64,000 nt of DNA from NCBI GenBank assembly GCA_965207375.1, contig CBDBMG010000002.1, forward strand, positions 64,001-128,000, in the 5' to 3' direction. Position 1 is the stretch's first letter. Every line of letters starts with the position of its first letter. Under the pieces are notes generated by a model. It was given only the letters and a program-made list of their open reading frames with translations, searched no databases and was not told where the DNA came from. A program made the translations under genes and the position numbers. The stretch is from Nitrosopumilaceae archaeon (GTDB taxonomy: Archaea; Thermoproteota; Nitrososphaeria; Nitrososphaerales; Nitrosopumilaceae). This document shows, one piece after another, positions 49,401-64,000 of the stretch.

Positions 49401-51522
49401 CAGCAGACTGAAGCTATTAAGTGATACAAAGCACTGACAAAATTCCAATACAACAATACTTTCCATTACAAAACACTACCCTACTTACGTAGTTACATAC
49501 GTAGCATATGAATACGTATCTTGAACTGTTTTCCCATAAAATTGCCGTGTCCATTAGAAAAATTGATTGTGGATTGTGAATGTATGTAGGTCATATTTGT
49601 GTATGTCACATGCATTCAGTGTTATTATATACGTACTAGCTACATATTTGGTATTAAATTTAACCCTACCATGCACAAATAGAACATAGCAGTAACTATT
49701 TGTACTGAAGTCTGTGATAGTTGTCTATGATAAGGTACGTAACAGCTGCATACACTACACTACACTAGGGCATGAACAAATATTGTAACATTCAAATGTT
49801 TGTTTGTTTTAGTAACATTCGTCAGTAGATTTTTTGCTACCAAACATTCGTTAATCTTAATTATGCCTAAATTATGCTCAAATTTCATGTTAAATGTGCA
49901 CAAACGGTTGAGAAACTTATCAACAGACATAGTTGTAACTACTTTATTGTCGTTTATGTAGTGTATAATGTTACCATATAATAGTGAAGAGGAGAAAATA
50001 TATTCTAACCAATTACTGTGTGGGCGTAAAACATTCAAACATTCAAAATTAAAAAATGTTCGAATGTAAAAAGTCACATTCGTTCATGCACTACACTATG
50101 CTTGAGGTGTCATAGCCACATGTGCAGGCTACCATTTTCATTATAATACAACCATAGACTCCTACAAAGACTAGCTTTACTAATCTTGATGTATGTAGCT
50201 ACCTGTTTATAGCATGTGTTTACACTATACAGGTAAGTACGTAGCTACTTGCATTGTTATGCTACTTATTGTAGTGCTGGTGTTTTCCTTATTTTTAGTT
50301 GTTTATGTTTTTAAATTAGTACCTGTTTACGTATGTTGCCACAGATGCTTATCAAAGTACATGTGGGTCAATTACAACATTAACTACTCCACAATTTTTG
50401 TGAAGCCTTTCTCAAAGTTGGAGAGGCTTAGCTAGTTGGACCATACAAATCACTGTACTAAGCCTCTGGAAAAGTGAAGATCACGTGGCTCTATAGTAAA
50501 TTACTTAAGTAGCTATCTACTAACTTATTTGTTTTACTAGCAAATGTAGCTGCCCTATCATGCAAGTGTAGCCAAATACATGCCATGCATGATATCTAAA
50601 TCGTAAGATACTAAGCTAGTACTGCACAATCTCCCAGTCTCCTAAGCCTGTGGCTACTTAGTCTATAGTCTTCTATGCTTAGTTGTCTCTTATGCCTGCC
50701 TAGCCTTCTATGCCTGTGCATGTGTATAGGCCTAGTCTCCTAAGCCTATATATATCCATTAGTCTCCTCTGTTTCTAGTCTACTTTCCCTACCTAGTCTG
50801 ACTCTTACGTACGTACATCTAACCTATGACTGAGTCTCCACTGCTATATACATAATGATATGCTAAGTAACTCATGCCTATTTAGTTTCCTAAGCCTACG
50901 TACGTGTAGTCAGCTATACCCACCTATCAGCCCACCTACATAATATATAGTCTCCTAGTCTCTTCAGCCTTGATACCTAGTCTTATATAGTACATACCTA
51001 CCGTAGCTACGTATATCACGCAGGTACATATCTTCTATCAGTATGCCTATACATATATGCCTATACAGTCTCCTGTCTCACTATAGTCTACTTTGTCTAC
51101 TATAGTCTGTTACACCTACGTACCAATATAATTACTGCATATATGTAGCTAAACTCTTACAAGAAATAAAGACATTTAAAAATTGTAAAATTCAAAAAAA
51201 CACCGTAGATCCTGCATGGAATCATATACAATATACATTTTTATTAGGAATGATTAACTGTGTTGTATATAAGTAGCTATATATACACATTATACACTTG
51301 CACCATTACAAGGATGATGCGAGTACTCTCGCACAAGACTGATGCGAGTATGTGCAAACTCAAGAGTACAAGACATCTCCTGCCATTCCTCCTGGCGAGG
51401 ATGAGCGGGTGGTAAGTGTGACGTTGCATCTGAGTGATACCGTACCAAATCTTTAACAAACAATTATGTTACGTGATGAAATGAACCCTAGTGCATTATG
51501 AAATTGTATGTATTATGTGCTT

Positions 51523-51966
51523 ACTGTATAGCATAAAATTTTGACAAATTGACAAATTTTTGTATTTGATAAAAATACATATGTGACCCGATCTGACAAA
51601 ACCAGTCTTATTGCCCGAAAATACAACCATGTGTATAATGGTATCTATCTCTTATTCTGTAGGTGCTATTCAAATTCTGTAAGTTTTATAGGATTTTTGC
51701 TAGCTACAGGGTGAAGTTAGTGCTAACATATTGTGTTCAGAAAAAGAGTTATTAAACTTGAAAGACTCAAAATTAACTCAAAATTTTTATGGCAATAAGA
51801 CTGGTTTTGTCAGACCGGGTCACATATATTGATGAAAGTTGTTTCAAGCCTGAATTTCTATTTAACAAGCGGCACCATTTTTTGTAGTAAAAAACTTGAT
51901 ACAAATGGACAATTTTTCATCAAATTCGTCAATTTTTTAACTGTCAAAATTTTATGCCATACGGTA
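51523..51966. mobile_element. Nested MITEs: TGTGAC-type (51582-51824) inside a TA-C(C/T)GTA mariner-type MITE
   Basis: Inner TIR tgtgacccgatctgacaaaaccagtcttattgcc / ggcaataagactggttttgtcagaccgggtcaca; outer tactgtatagcataaaatttt / aaaattttatgccatacggta. Confidence 0.8.
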
Positions 51967-52403
51967 TTAGATAGCTATACATATTAAGGTGAAAAGGATG
52001 TACACATAATCTCTTAAGCCATAGCAAAATACTTTCCAATATTTTAGCTCACTTTTTGCTTAATGGAAGTTGCCATAGATAACTGTATGTTTATATTAAT
52101 GCTCACCAATAATTATAATTTATTTACATATAATAAGCCTCTAAATCTTTGGATAGAGGGGCTTTGCAAAAATTTTAATTGTTGAATATTAATTTTACAT
52201 CATAATTTCTCAAACTTTACTTTTATCTCTTATATACTGCAACATGTACAAAGTAATTGTGGGTTTTAATTTTTCGTCATTAACTATAACAGTAGAGCTC
52301 ATTATAAAAGCTATGGGTTTTAATATCATTATGAAGCTCTTGGAGTGTGGGAAACACTATGTATATGTGTCTCTGAAATGGGATTTACCATATAATATAC
52401 GTA

Positions 52404-53003
52404 CGTGACTGTCTCTGCAAAAACCAGCCTAGTTTGCACTAAAATTTAAATTCATTTTTTTGGCCCAGCTTATAGCTATACTCAATAGCTAGCCAAACAC
52501 CATGTCTCCTATGGCCAGACTCAAGTGGTCTGCTTTTCTGAGGGGAGGATTTGCAGTCTTGTAAAACCATGACCGCCACATTGGCACCTGCGGAGCCCTA
52601 TCGGCCTGGAATTCTACCCTTGACCGGAATGATGTCCCTTCGGCCTGGTTGTATGGTCAGGACCATCTGTGAGCATCTGGTCACCTCGTGTCTTCATCTG
52701 GGGAGGTTTTTCCTCCTCCCTCCCCACCCACCCCTCCCCTCCTCCCTCCCACCCACCTCCTCATAACACTGGGCTAAAATTGATGCACACCTTCAAAAAA
52801 ATCATCTGAAAAGGCTAAAATCAAGCAAGGAACAATTTCAAAGGTACACTGTATTTTATTCAATAGATTACTAAGTCCAGTTCTGTTAAACAAAAGCAGC
52901 CTAGTACGAGCAAAATCTGGTAATTTCAATTTAAAATATTTAAACAAGTATTTCTCTAATTACTACCAGGTGCGAACAAGGCTGGTTTTCGCAGACAGTC
53001 ACA
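52404..53003. mobile_element. TGTGAC-type TIR element, ~600 bp
   Basis: gtgactgtctctgcaaaaaccagcct / aggctggttttcgcagacagtcac. Confidence 0.7.
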
Positions 53004-53919
53004 TAGTATGTAGTTAAGTATTAGCGCTGTGCACCTACGTACGTACGTACAAAAATTTCATCACCGGTTAATTGGCCATTGGGTGATAATCGGCTAATTG
53101 GCACATTCTTACAACAAGGATAATGAGGGATAAATTTTACAGATTTTAAGTGCTAGTTATCATGTAGCTACGTACGTAGCTACTTTTAAACTCAATTTCT
53201 TCTTCTCATTTTAGCCTACGTATTCTACGTATATGTACGTACATAGCTAAAAGTTGATACTTGTTTGGGTTTTTACCGATACCAACACTTTGCGATACCA
53301 CTGGTATCTGTGCCGATACTGCATACCAATCAGGTATCAGTCCATGTCTACTATAGCCTTGAGCCTAATGTGCTGGCATAATTTTGAGAATTATATGTAG
53401 GTGGCAATTTTATTGCTAGAATTATAGGATCTTTTTATGTGCATAACTCTGGAATTATGGTTGAGCATAATGCAATTAATCATTGACAAAAGATCATTTT
53501 AAAAATTAATGATCCTTTACTCTTTGGACATCAGCAGCTCAGTTTCCGAATAGTTTAATGTGCATTATGGACACTATTTTTACTGACCCAGTAGAATTAA
53601 AAAGGAATAATAGCTGATGATTTGAGAATAATGTGTAAAAGTTTTGGGAAGTTAGGGAAGGTAAATTTTCAGGCTCAAGCCTAGTCTACTAACAACTGAT
53701 AATGTGAGTACTATGTATTTAGCTACATATTTGCAGGCAAACACAGTAACAGAAGTTAGATGCATTAGCTGCAAGTTGAGGATTCGATAAGTGGGCGTAT
53801 CTGTTGATTACGTTGCTGCATAAGCATTTTGGTATGAAAGCAGGCAGCAGGAGCCTAGCCCTTACAAGCTAGGGGCACTAAGTCAATTACATATAGCAGC
53901 CGCTCGCTCCCACTTAGAT

Positions 53920-54960
<1,041 letters not shown>

Positions 54961-55009
54961 TATAGTAGTAGTAGTAGTATAGTAGTAGTGGTAGTAGTAA
55001 TAGTAGTAG

Positions 55010-55680
55010 TGTTGTAGTGGTAGTAGTAAGTTGCAGTGGTAGTACTAAGTTGCAGTGGTAGTAGTAAGTTGCAGTGGTAGTAGTAAGTTGCAGTGGTAGT
55101 ACTAAGTTGCAGTGATAGCAGTAAGTTGTAGTGGTAGTAGTAAGTTGCAGTGGTAGTAGTAAGTTGCAGTGGTAGTACTAAGTTGCAGTGGTAGTACTAA
55201 GTTGCAGTGGTAGTACTAAGTTGCAGTGGTAGTAGTAAGTTGCAGTGGTAGTAGTAAGTTGTAGTGGTAGTAGTAAGTTGCAGTGGTAGTACTAAGTTGC
55301 AGTGGTAGTACTAAGTTGCAGTAGTAGTACTAAGTTGCAGTAGTAGTACTAAGTTGCAGTAGTTGTACTAAGTTGCAGTAGTAGTACTAAGTTGTGGTAG
55401 TAGTACTAAGTTGCAGTAGTTGTACTAAGTTGCAATAGTAGTACTAAGTTGCAGTAGTAGTACTACGTAAGTTGCAGTAGTTGTACTAAGTTGCAATAGT
55501 TGCAGTAGTAGTACTACGTAAGTTGCAGTAGTTGTACTAAGTTGTAATAATAGTACTAAGTTGCAGTAGTTGTAGTAGTAGCAGTTGTAATAGTAGTACT
55601 AAGTTGCAGTAGTTTTAGTAGTAGTACTACGTAAGTTGCAGTAGTAGTACCAAGCAATAATTGTAGTAGTAGTACACTAA
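55010..55680 (+). repeat. 17-bp minisatellite (GTGGTAGTA[G/C]TAAGTTGCA-type), decaying rightward
   Basis: Direct reading. Confidence 0.95.
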
Positions 55681-55685
55681 GTTAT

Positions 55686-56292
55686 AATGTAATGTAATGT
55701 AATTTAAAACTTTACAGTGCACATATGGGGGAGTTAGCTGTATTACATACGTGGCTAGTCACAGATGAATGCACCGATGGTCCACAGACAACCTGTGCCT
55801 GTGGTCTATTATAAAATTATAATTATAAATTAATTAAGATTGTTAAAGTTAGTGGTGGCAGGATGTTGATTGCACCTGGAGCAGCCACACAAGAACGAGT
55901 AACTACATGCATCGTCAGACCTAAAATTGAGTTCAAAATGAAGTATGATAGCAATTGTTGCTTGATAATCTTGATATCGAGGTTTATATTGATTACAGGG
56001 AGTGCATTCCAAATTCGCGGAAGTCTGTTGAAGTAAAAGTTGTTAGAGCTGTTGTTGTTGGATCTAGTATGTCGCAGCTTGTGGCTATTAACTGATCGAG
56101 TATCCCCTGAAGTAAAAGAAATGAAATTTTCAATGTTAAATCCTTCATGAGGGGATTTCAAACTCCTAACAAAGAAGATAACATCATTGAGGTCTAGGAT
56201 GTACATGAGAGGCAGAATCTGGAGTTTTATAAGACGTGATTTATGGTCACTAACATAGTCATTTAGTACGTATTTAGTAGCCCGACGCTGCA
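55686..56292 (-). mobile_element. 3' end of CR1/L2-type LINE
   Basis: QRRATKYVLNDY...RLIKLQILPLMY...FYFNRLPRIWNALP; (TTACA)n tail at 55686-55703. Confidence 0.85.
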
Positions 56293-57059
56293 ATGGTTGC
56301 ACTATAGCTATAGTATCAATCGCTATACATACATTAAGTTGATGTTTTACCATCTAAAAATGAGGCGCTGTGTAAGTTAAACTACTGCTAATCTACTGCT
56401 ATTCAGTAGTATTTAATGATGTCACGTGAGCAAAGACTCATCACTAAGGAACACATAGTAATGCATACAAATGTTATTATTCTGTCAAGCTGCCCAATTC
56501 CTGCTTTATACTCCTGACCAGTACTTTAGTGATAAAACTTTTTAGAAGTTGTTTTGAGCCAAAATTATTACTGTAGCCAACCTTCTTTTATAAGCTTAAT
56601 TCACAACCCACACGGCACACCCACTTTTAAAACTGAAGCACTCTGTCTTGTTAGTAATGTACAACTTAATATAAATGCCTTTTACCGTGTAATGAACGGC
56701 AAATACAGCATTAGCTTACTCTTCTTTGGCAGTAACTCATGACATGCTTTGTTACTAAGGCCATGCCCATTATTTGTATTGATAGCAAGTGTCATATAAA
56801 GAAACTGAAAAGCAGTAAGAGTTGTTTGATTGGCTATTCAGACTTTATTTCATGTAAATGGTTTTTATAGCCTGGCGGCGGACACGCACAAACACACATA
56901 CTGGCTTCTCGGACAAAACAATTTCAAACCAGGCCGGCCTGTGTGGTTTAATAAGGCCTCCAAATTATAGTTAGCTCCATAACATTATCGTTGTGAAATG
57001 TAGACTTGTTGAGGCAAATGTGACATTTAAGAAAGCACTTGGTGTCTAAATGTGATACT

Positions 57060-57140
57060 TGCACATGATGGAAGGTCATTTATATAATATAATCCTGGAA
57101 AAGCATAAGGGTTCAGGATATTCCCTAGTGAGGCTCCTGA
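57060..57140 (-). mobile_element. Decayed LINE RT remnant
   Basis: Translates as GASLGNILNP...LYYINDLPSC, resembling GVPQGSILGP..LIYINDLP. Confidence 0.4.
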
Positions 57141-58217
57141 GATGACTGCATGCATGACTTTTAAGTTTATTCAAAGAACACAAAACATCCACATCATCAA
57201 CTGTCTATAAGTGCTAGCTACAGTACCACTTTAATTTGACAATGTAGCTACTAGCTGTGATTTTAAACTCATGCAATGGCTTGCTTTGAGCTTTGTTGCT
57301 AGTATCCATTGCAGCTTATCGTACAGGGTGTAGGCCGTTTAGCTAAATGCATGATCGATGTTATATATCATATCACACTATCATATGAAGGGACTGCCTA
57401 GTCCCCTAAGCCTGTCTATGTGCTTAACTACTACGTAAGTCTGCTATGCCTATGCCTCTCTAGCCTCCTATATGCCTGCCTAGTCTTCTATACCTTGTAG
57501 TAGGTTGTACCAGCTTAATCTATTGATTATAGCCAATGAGTTAGTATATATACTGTAGAGCACTAGCGCTGCTGCAGATGAACTTTCCATACCTATATTC
57601 CATTCCTCCTCTTCTGCTGTCTTGTTTCATAAGTTCGCATCATTATTGTTTTGAAGGACACACCCGATTATCGAGTAGCAATGTCCAGCAACCCTGTATA
57701 ACCTGCTGCTATACTAAGGCTTTAGACACTCTGAAGTAAGTAATTTGTGAATATGCTGACGAGGTAATGGCACTTTTGGTAGTAGTTTACGTGGGTGAGT
57801 CATTCCATTCAGTCATTGCGTACATGGGGGAAAAACAACCATACATAACTCTGTGACCATATTGTCCACTGGCTCCCAGTTTGGATTATTTTATTGTTCA
57901 TTGAATGCTGATTCGTTTGAGCTAAGGTATGTTACTGTATATAGCGTTGAAGCAAATCTACAGTGATCTTATTATTTAACGCAATTGAAAGTGGTGGCTA
58001 TTTTGGTAGACATTAGTGTCCATCAGGCACTTGCGGAAAAGTACAGCTCTCAAAAAGTGAACTCCATGAAGCCAGAGGACATAGCTTTCCCTTTGTGTAA
58101 GTCCAGTGTTGATCGATGCAGAGACCACAGATTAAAATTTGTGACAAGGAAAGAATACAGATGAACAGATAGACAAACAGACAGCTTTTCAGTTTTATAT
58201 AGTAGAAGATATAGCTA

Positions 58218-58477
58218 CTAGAATGATAAAAAATTAAAAAAATTAATAAAAGGTAAGTAGGGATTGAATTTTGGATTCAGTAGTGCTACAAAAAGTAAGG
58301 AAACAAGGAATAAGATTTTGGGACAAGAGAACATTCTGGCATGAGATAATTTATATAAGTTTAATCCCTACTTTTGGCAAATCTGAGCCAAAAGTTGGGA
58401 TTAAACTTTTATAAATTATCTCATGCCAGAATGTTCTCTTGTCAGAATGTTCTCTTGTCCCAAAATCTTATTCCTTC
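58218..58477. mobile_element. Truncated copy of foldback MITE (cf. 1732-2063)
   Basis: Near-identical left arm and partial right arm. Confidence 0.8.
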
Positions 58478-58884
58478 CGTCAGTGTGTTGCTATTACAGA
58501 GTGTAATATTGTCAGTGAGTATCTATAGTGTTTATTGACGTTGTATATTATTATGCACGTTTGATTTTAGTCTCAATACTTCAGGAACGTCAGTTACTGA
58601 GTTAGCATCACAAGCCATAGCGAATTTACGTGCATGGCCTTATCGATTAGAGCCTGTACCATGGGCGCTTATCATCTCTAATCGATAGGGCCCGGCTGCA
58701 CGTAAATTGGATCTGGGGCTTGCAAGACTAGAATGTCAGTATAGCTGTTCACATTAGCCAAACAGGCACTGCATGTAACTAAAGAACCTGTAAACAAGCT
58801 ACGTACATAGCTAGTACTTAAAATTTTATGTCTGCAGTTGTGAATACTTGTATATCTATATAGCTACAAAGTGTAGCTATCATA

Positions 58885-59185
58885 AAAAGTAAACAAACTA
58901 GCATTTAAAAAATTAAAAATTTGAAAAAGGAGTAGCTATAGGGATTGCAACAAAAAGTAAGGAAACAAGTAGCAAACTAGCTATAATAGTTTGCTAGCCT
59001 GAGAGCACCCAAATCTATACAAGATTTAATCTCTACTTTGACTGGCGTATAGCTTCATATTAATTTTAAGCATCATGTGCATAATTATAGCTACGCCTGT
59101 CAAAGTAGGGATTAAATCTTGTAGATTTGGGTGCTCTCAGGCTAGCAAACTACGTATTATAGCTAGTTTGCTACTTGTTTTCTTA
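58885..59185. mobile_element. Related foldback MITE
   Basis: tttgctagcctgagagcacccaaatctat... mirrored by ...tagatttgggtgctctcaggctagcaaa; shares the aaaaagtaaacaaactag start with 1719-1736. Confidence 0.7.
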
Positions 59186-59345
59186 CCAATCCTTATAAAT
59201 GCTAGTAGTATATACCAATGCCAAAGGTTTACTGATCTGCCTTCACCAAGGCTTGTTTCTTGGGCCTGCACAGAAGATTTAGTACACTAATGGAACTACG
59301 TACTGCAATATATTGCTACCACTGCTACTACCAGTACTACTACTA

Positions 59346-59468
59346 CATTCATTATCAATGATTCACATGTACAAATGTACAGACAATAATGAACTATATT
59401 GTGCATAAATAAAATACATAAGATGCAGTTCAGTGTCCAATAGAAAGCATTCGTAAAATGTGAACAGT
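59346..59468 (-). mobile_element. Extreme 3' tip of R4/Dong-type element (copy B)
   Basis: Minus strand reads TVHILRMLSIGH* then a 3' UTR similar to the other copies and a degenerate (TAG)n at 59318-59346. Confidence 0.7.
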
Positions 59469-59501
59469 TACAATTATGGCAGTCTTCTGTAAATGACAAA
59501 A

Positions 59502-59753
59502 TGTGACTGGATTTTGGAAAACAGTTCCAAATCACACATTTTTATTTCAGTATATTTATCACTGCAATATGAAAAGTATTGCATTCCCAATAATATTTCA
59601 TAGCACTACAAGGAATTCAATGCTCAAATTACTGAAAGAATGTAAGAAATACTCCGTAAATACATACACACAAGTAGAAATATCATTAAATACATGCAGA
59701 AATACACTGGATTTCATGTGTGATTTGGAACTGTCTTCCAAAATCCGGTCACA
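59502..59753. mobile_element. TGTGAC-type MITE
   Basis: tgtgactggattttggaaaacagttccaaatcacaca / tgtgtgatttggaactgtcttccaaaatccggtcaca. Confidence 0.85.
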
Positions 59754-59771
59754 AATAAACAATCTAGGTAA

Positions 59772-61206
59772 TACTACTACAACTGCTACTACTACTGCAA
59801 CTTAGTACTACTACTGCAACTTAGTACTACCACTGCAACTTAGTACTACTACTGCAACTTACTACTACCACTGCAACTTAGTACTACCACTGCAGCTTAA
59901 TACTACCACTGCAGCTTAATACTACCACTGCAACTTACTACTACCACTGCAACTTACTACTACCACTGCAACTTAGTACTACTACTGCAACTTAGTACTA
60001 CTACTGCAACTTACTACTACCACTGCAACTTACTACTACCACTGCAACTTACTACTACCACTGCAACTTAGTACTACCACTGCAACTTAGTACTACCACT
60101 GCAACTTACTACTACCACTACTACCACTACAACTTACTACTACCACTGCAACTTACTACTACCACTGCAACTTACTACTACCACTGCAACTTAGTACTAC
60201 CACTGCAACTTAGTACTACCACTGCAGCTTAATACTACCACTGCAGCTTAATACTACCACTGCAACTTACTACTACCACTGCAACTTACTACTACCACTG
60301 CAACTTAGTACTACTACTGCAACTTAGTACTACTACTGCAACTTACTACTACCACTGCAACTTACTACTACCACTGCAACTTACTACTACCACTGCAACT
60401 TAGTACTACCACTGCAACTTAGTACTACCACTGCAACTTACTACTACCACTACTACCACTACAACTTACTACTACCACTGCAACTTACTACTACCACTGC
60501 AACTTACTACTACCACTGCAACTTAGTACTACCACTGCAACTTAGTACTACCACTGCAACTTAGTACTACCACTGCAACTTAGTACTACCACTGCAACTT
60601 ACTACTACCACTGCAACTTACTACTACCACTGCAACTTACTACTACCACTGCAACTTACTACTACCACTGCAACTTACTACTACCACTGCAACTTAGTAC
60701 TACCACTGCAACTTAGTACTACCACTGCAGCTTAATACTACCACTGCAACTTACTACTACCACTGCAATTTACTACTACCACTGCAACTTACTACTACCA
60801 CTGCAACTTACTACTACCACTGCAACTTACTACTACCACTGCAACTTAGTACTATCACTGCAACTTACTACTACCACTGCAACTTACTACTACCACTGCA
60901 GCTTAATACTACCACTGCAACTTAGTACTACCACTACAACTGCTACTACTACTGCAACTTAGTACAACCACTGCAACTTAGTACTACCACTGCAACTTAG
61001 TACTACCACTGCAACTTAGTACTACCACTGCAACTTAGTACTACCACTGCAACTTAGTACTACCACTGCAACTTAGTACTACCACTGCAACTTAGTACTA
61101 CTACTGCAACTTACTACTACCACTACAACTTACTACTACCACTGCAACTTACTACTACCACTGCAACACTACTACTACTACTACCACTACTACTACTACT
61201 ACTACT
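59772..61206 (-). repeat. 17-bp minisatellite, inverted relative to 55010-55680, ending in (CTA)n
   Basis: Unit actgcaactta[g/c]tactacc repeated for ~1.4 kb. Confidence 0.95.
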
Positions 61207-61939
<733 letters not shown>

Positions 61940-62690
61940 AATTTTCATAAATGATTCGCATGTACAACAGTACAGTAAAATAAGAACTATGACATGTACA
62001 ATTACATAAGAAATAGTTCATTGGTGAATGGGTATTGTTCTCAATACTTGTGAGGTCCCAATCAGCACAGCTTTCTGTAAGTGGCCAAACAGTTTCAGTG
62101 TGAACCCTGGGATTTTCTTTAAAAACTGTAAGCAATGAGAGGAAACCACGCCCGTACATCCCAGAACAACTGGGATAATGGTAACCGGCATATTATACAT
62201 TTGATGGAAATCTGCTGCCAGGGAGCAATACTTATTAATCTTTTCATCCTCTTTAGTTGAAACATTAATATCTGCTGGGCAAGAAATCTCAATAAAGAAT
62301 ATCTCTTGCTGGTGAAAATCATAAAGCACAATGTCAGGACGATTACTTGGATGGTTATGAGTTGTAATCAATCTGAAATCCCATAAAATCTTGGCAATGG
62401 AAGATTCAATCACTGGCGGAGGCTTATGACTATACCATGATCTGCTGCACGACTGAAAAGAGTAAAACCTCATCAAGTGCCAATGAATCACAGCAGCAAC
62501 CAAATTGTGGCGGTGCAGATATGCTGTAGTGGCAAGTATGGGGCAGGCTGCCAAAAGGTGCACTATTGTCTCCTCAGATGTACCACATATTCTACACATA
62601 AATGAGGGAATAGATTTGTGCATCACCTTGGCCTCAATTACTCTAGTTGCAAGGACTTGATCCTGCACGGCCAATACAATAGATTCTGTT
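61940..62690 (-). mobile_element. 3' fragment of R4/Dong-type element (copy D; ORF 62018-62674)
   Basis: AVQDQVLATR, CCHC knuckle CRICGTSEETIVHLLAAC, RHN, PD..D...EISCP...K..KY. Confidence 0.9.
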
Positions 62691-62724
62691 CAGTAGATTC
62701 TGTTCTACTACTACTACTACTACT

Positions 62725-64000
62725 TTTCATCATAAGATTCACATGTACAATCAGGCATGTACAGTAATAAAGAGCAATATCATGTAAACAATACATAAGA
62801 TAAAGCTCAACCAGTTAAATTAAGAGTTCGTAAGGTGTGAACACTCCCTATCAGTGCTGCCTTCTGAAGCATGGTAAAAAGTCTATCAGAGAATCCTGGG
62901 AGCTTACGTAAATGAGTGATACAATCAGCAGATACAACACCTGTGCATCCCAACACCACTGGCACAAACTGGACAGGCATCTCATACATCAAACGGAAGT
63001 CCAGAGCCAGTGGGCAATACTTACGGAGCTTCTCTCGTTCTTTAGATGGTACATTAATATCAGCTGGGCATGACACTTCAATAAACTGTATTAATTGTTT
63101 GGAGTAATCAAAAACAACAATATCAGGACGGTTACTTAAATGATGGTGGTCAGATTGTAAACTGAAGTCCCATAGAATCTTCACTTGAGAAGTTTCAACC
63201 ACGGGTAGAGGCTTGTGTGTGAACCATGATTTAGAGTTTGGAGGAATAGAGTATTCTTTTAACAGATGCCAGTGAAGAGCACCAGCAACAAGATTATGGC
63301 GGTACAAATATGTGGAAGCAGCAAGCATTGGACAGGCAGCCAATAAATGAACAATGGTTTCCTCGGATTGGCCACATACCCTACATAACACTGATGGCAC
63401 AGACTTATGCATGATCTTAGCCTCAATCACTCTGGTGGCAATGACCTGATCCTGAATCGCAAAAACAGTAGATTCCGTTTCAGAATGAATGTGAGATTTC
63501 AGCCAACAAAGGCTCCTGGATTTATCAATTAAACAATCATTTAAAAGGGAATAAAAGCGACCATGCAGAGGCTTGGAAGTAAGAGATGACAACAGTTGGT
63601 CGCGCTGCTTCCTACAAATTGCACCCTTAAGAGAGGCAAAATCACAACTTTGCAAATCAGCTTCAATTGACAATGCAGCACAATAATCATTGGCCCTAGT
63701 AAACACAGAAGACCGAGCTGGCACGAGACTATCCAACTCATAACACAGTCGAACCAGGGAATCAGAAGAGGTGGCAATATGATGGGCCATAGCAACCAAC
63801 CGCCTATAAAATAGGTTCTCAACATTAATCAAGCCAATACCCCCAGCAGATCGAGGCAAATATAGACGTTCCACAGCACTACGCGGATGGTGGTTGCAGG
63901 TTGCTGTAAGGGTCTTCCTGGTACTCACATCAAATTGCTCTATTTCTTTCTTTGTCCAGGGGACAATTCCACACCCATATGATAAGAGTGGAACACAAAA
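62725..64000 (-). mobile_element. R4/Dong-type element (copy E; ORF 62807-63928), continues past window edge
   Basis: RLYLPRSAGGIGL thumb motif, KPLHG, AIQDQVIATR, CRVCGQSEETIVHLLAAC, RHN, RLE motifs; (TAG)7 at 62705-62724. Confidence 0.92.

Overview
Repeat-dense eukaryotic (animal; by composition probably an invertebrate such as a sponge, which is inference only) genomic DNA with short GT-AG introns. The centrepiece is a ~23.5 kb DNA transposon (13527-37072) bounded by 168-bp inverted repeats that look identical by eye. It carries two convergent, intron-rich genes that the ORF track misses: (i) a minus-strand CxC-cysteine-cluster + KDZ (Kyakuja-Dileera-Zisupton) transposase with at least three disabling lesions, and (ii) a plus-strand gene encoding an HMG box, a GTF2I (TFII-I)-like repeat and a C-terminal Tnp1/En-Spm-like domain. 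The right end of the window holds five 5'-truncated restriction-like-endonuclease (R4/Dong-type) non-LTR retrotransposons, each with its 3' end abutting (TAG)n, arranged as a mirror image around two inverted arrays of a 17-bp TAG-derived minisatellite. Also present: CR1/L2-type LINE fragments, a chromodomain pseudogene, an intronless fibrinogen-domain gene with one in-frame stop, a six-exon pseudogene of unknown product, a Helitron 3' end, a tRNA-derived SINE, many MITEs with readable TSDs, and microsatellites. All domain calls come from manual translation and motif recognition; no searches were run.
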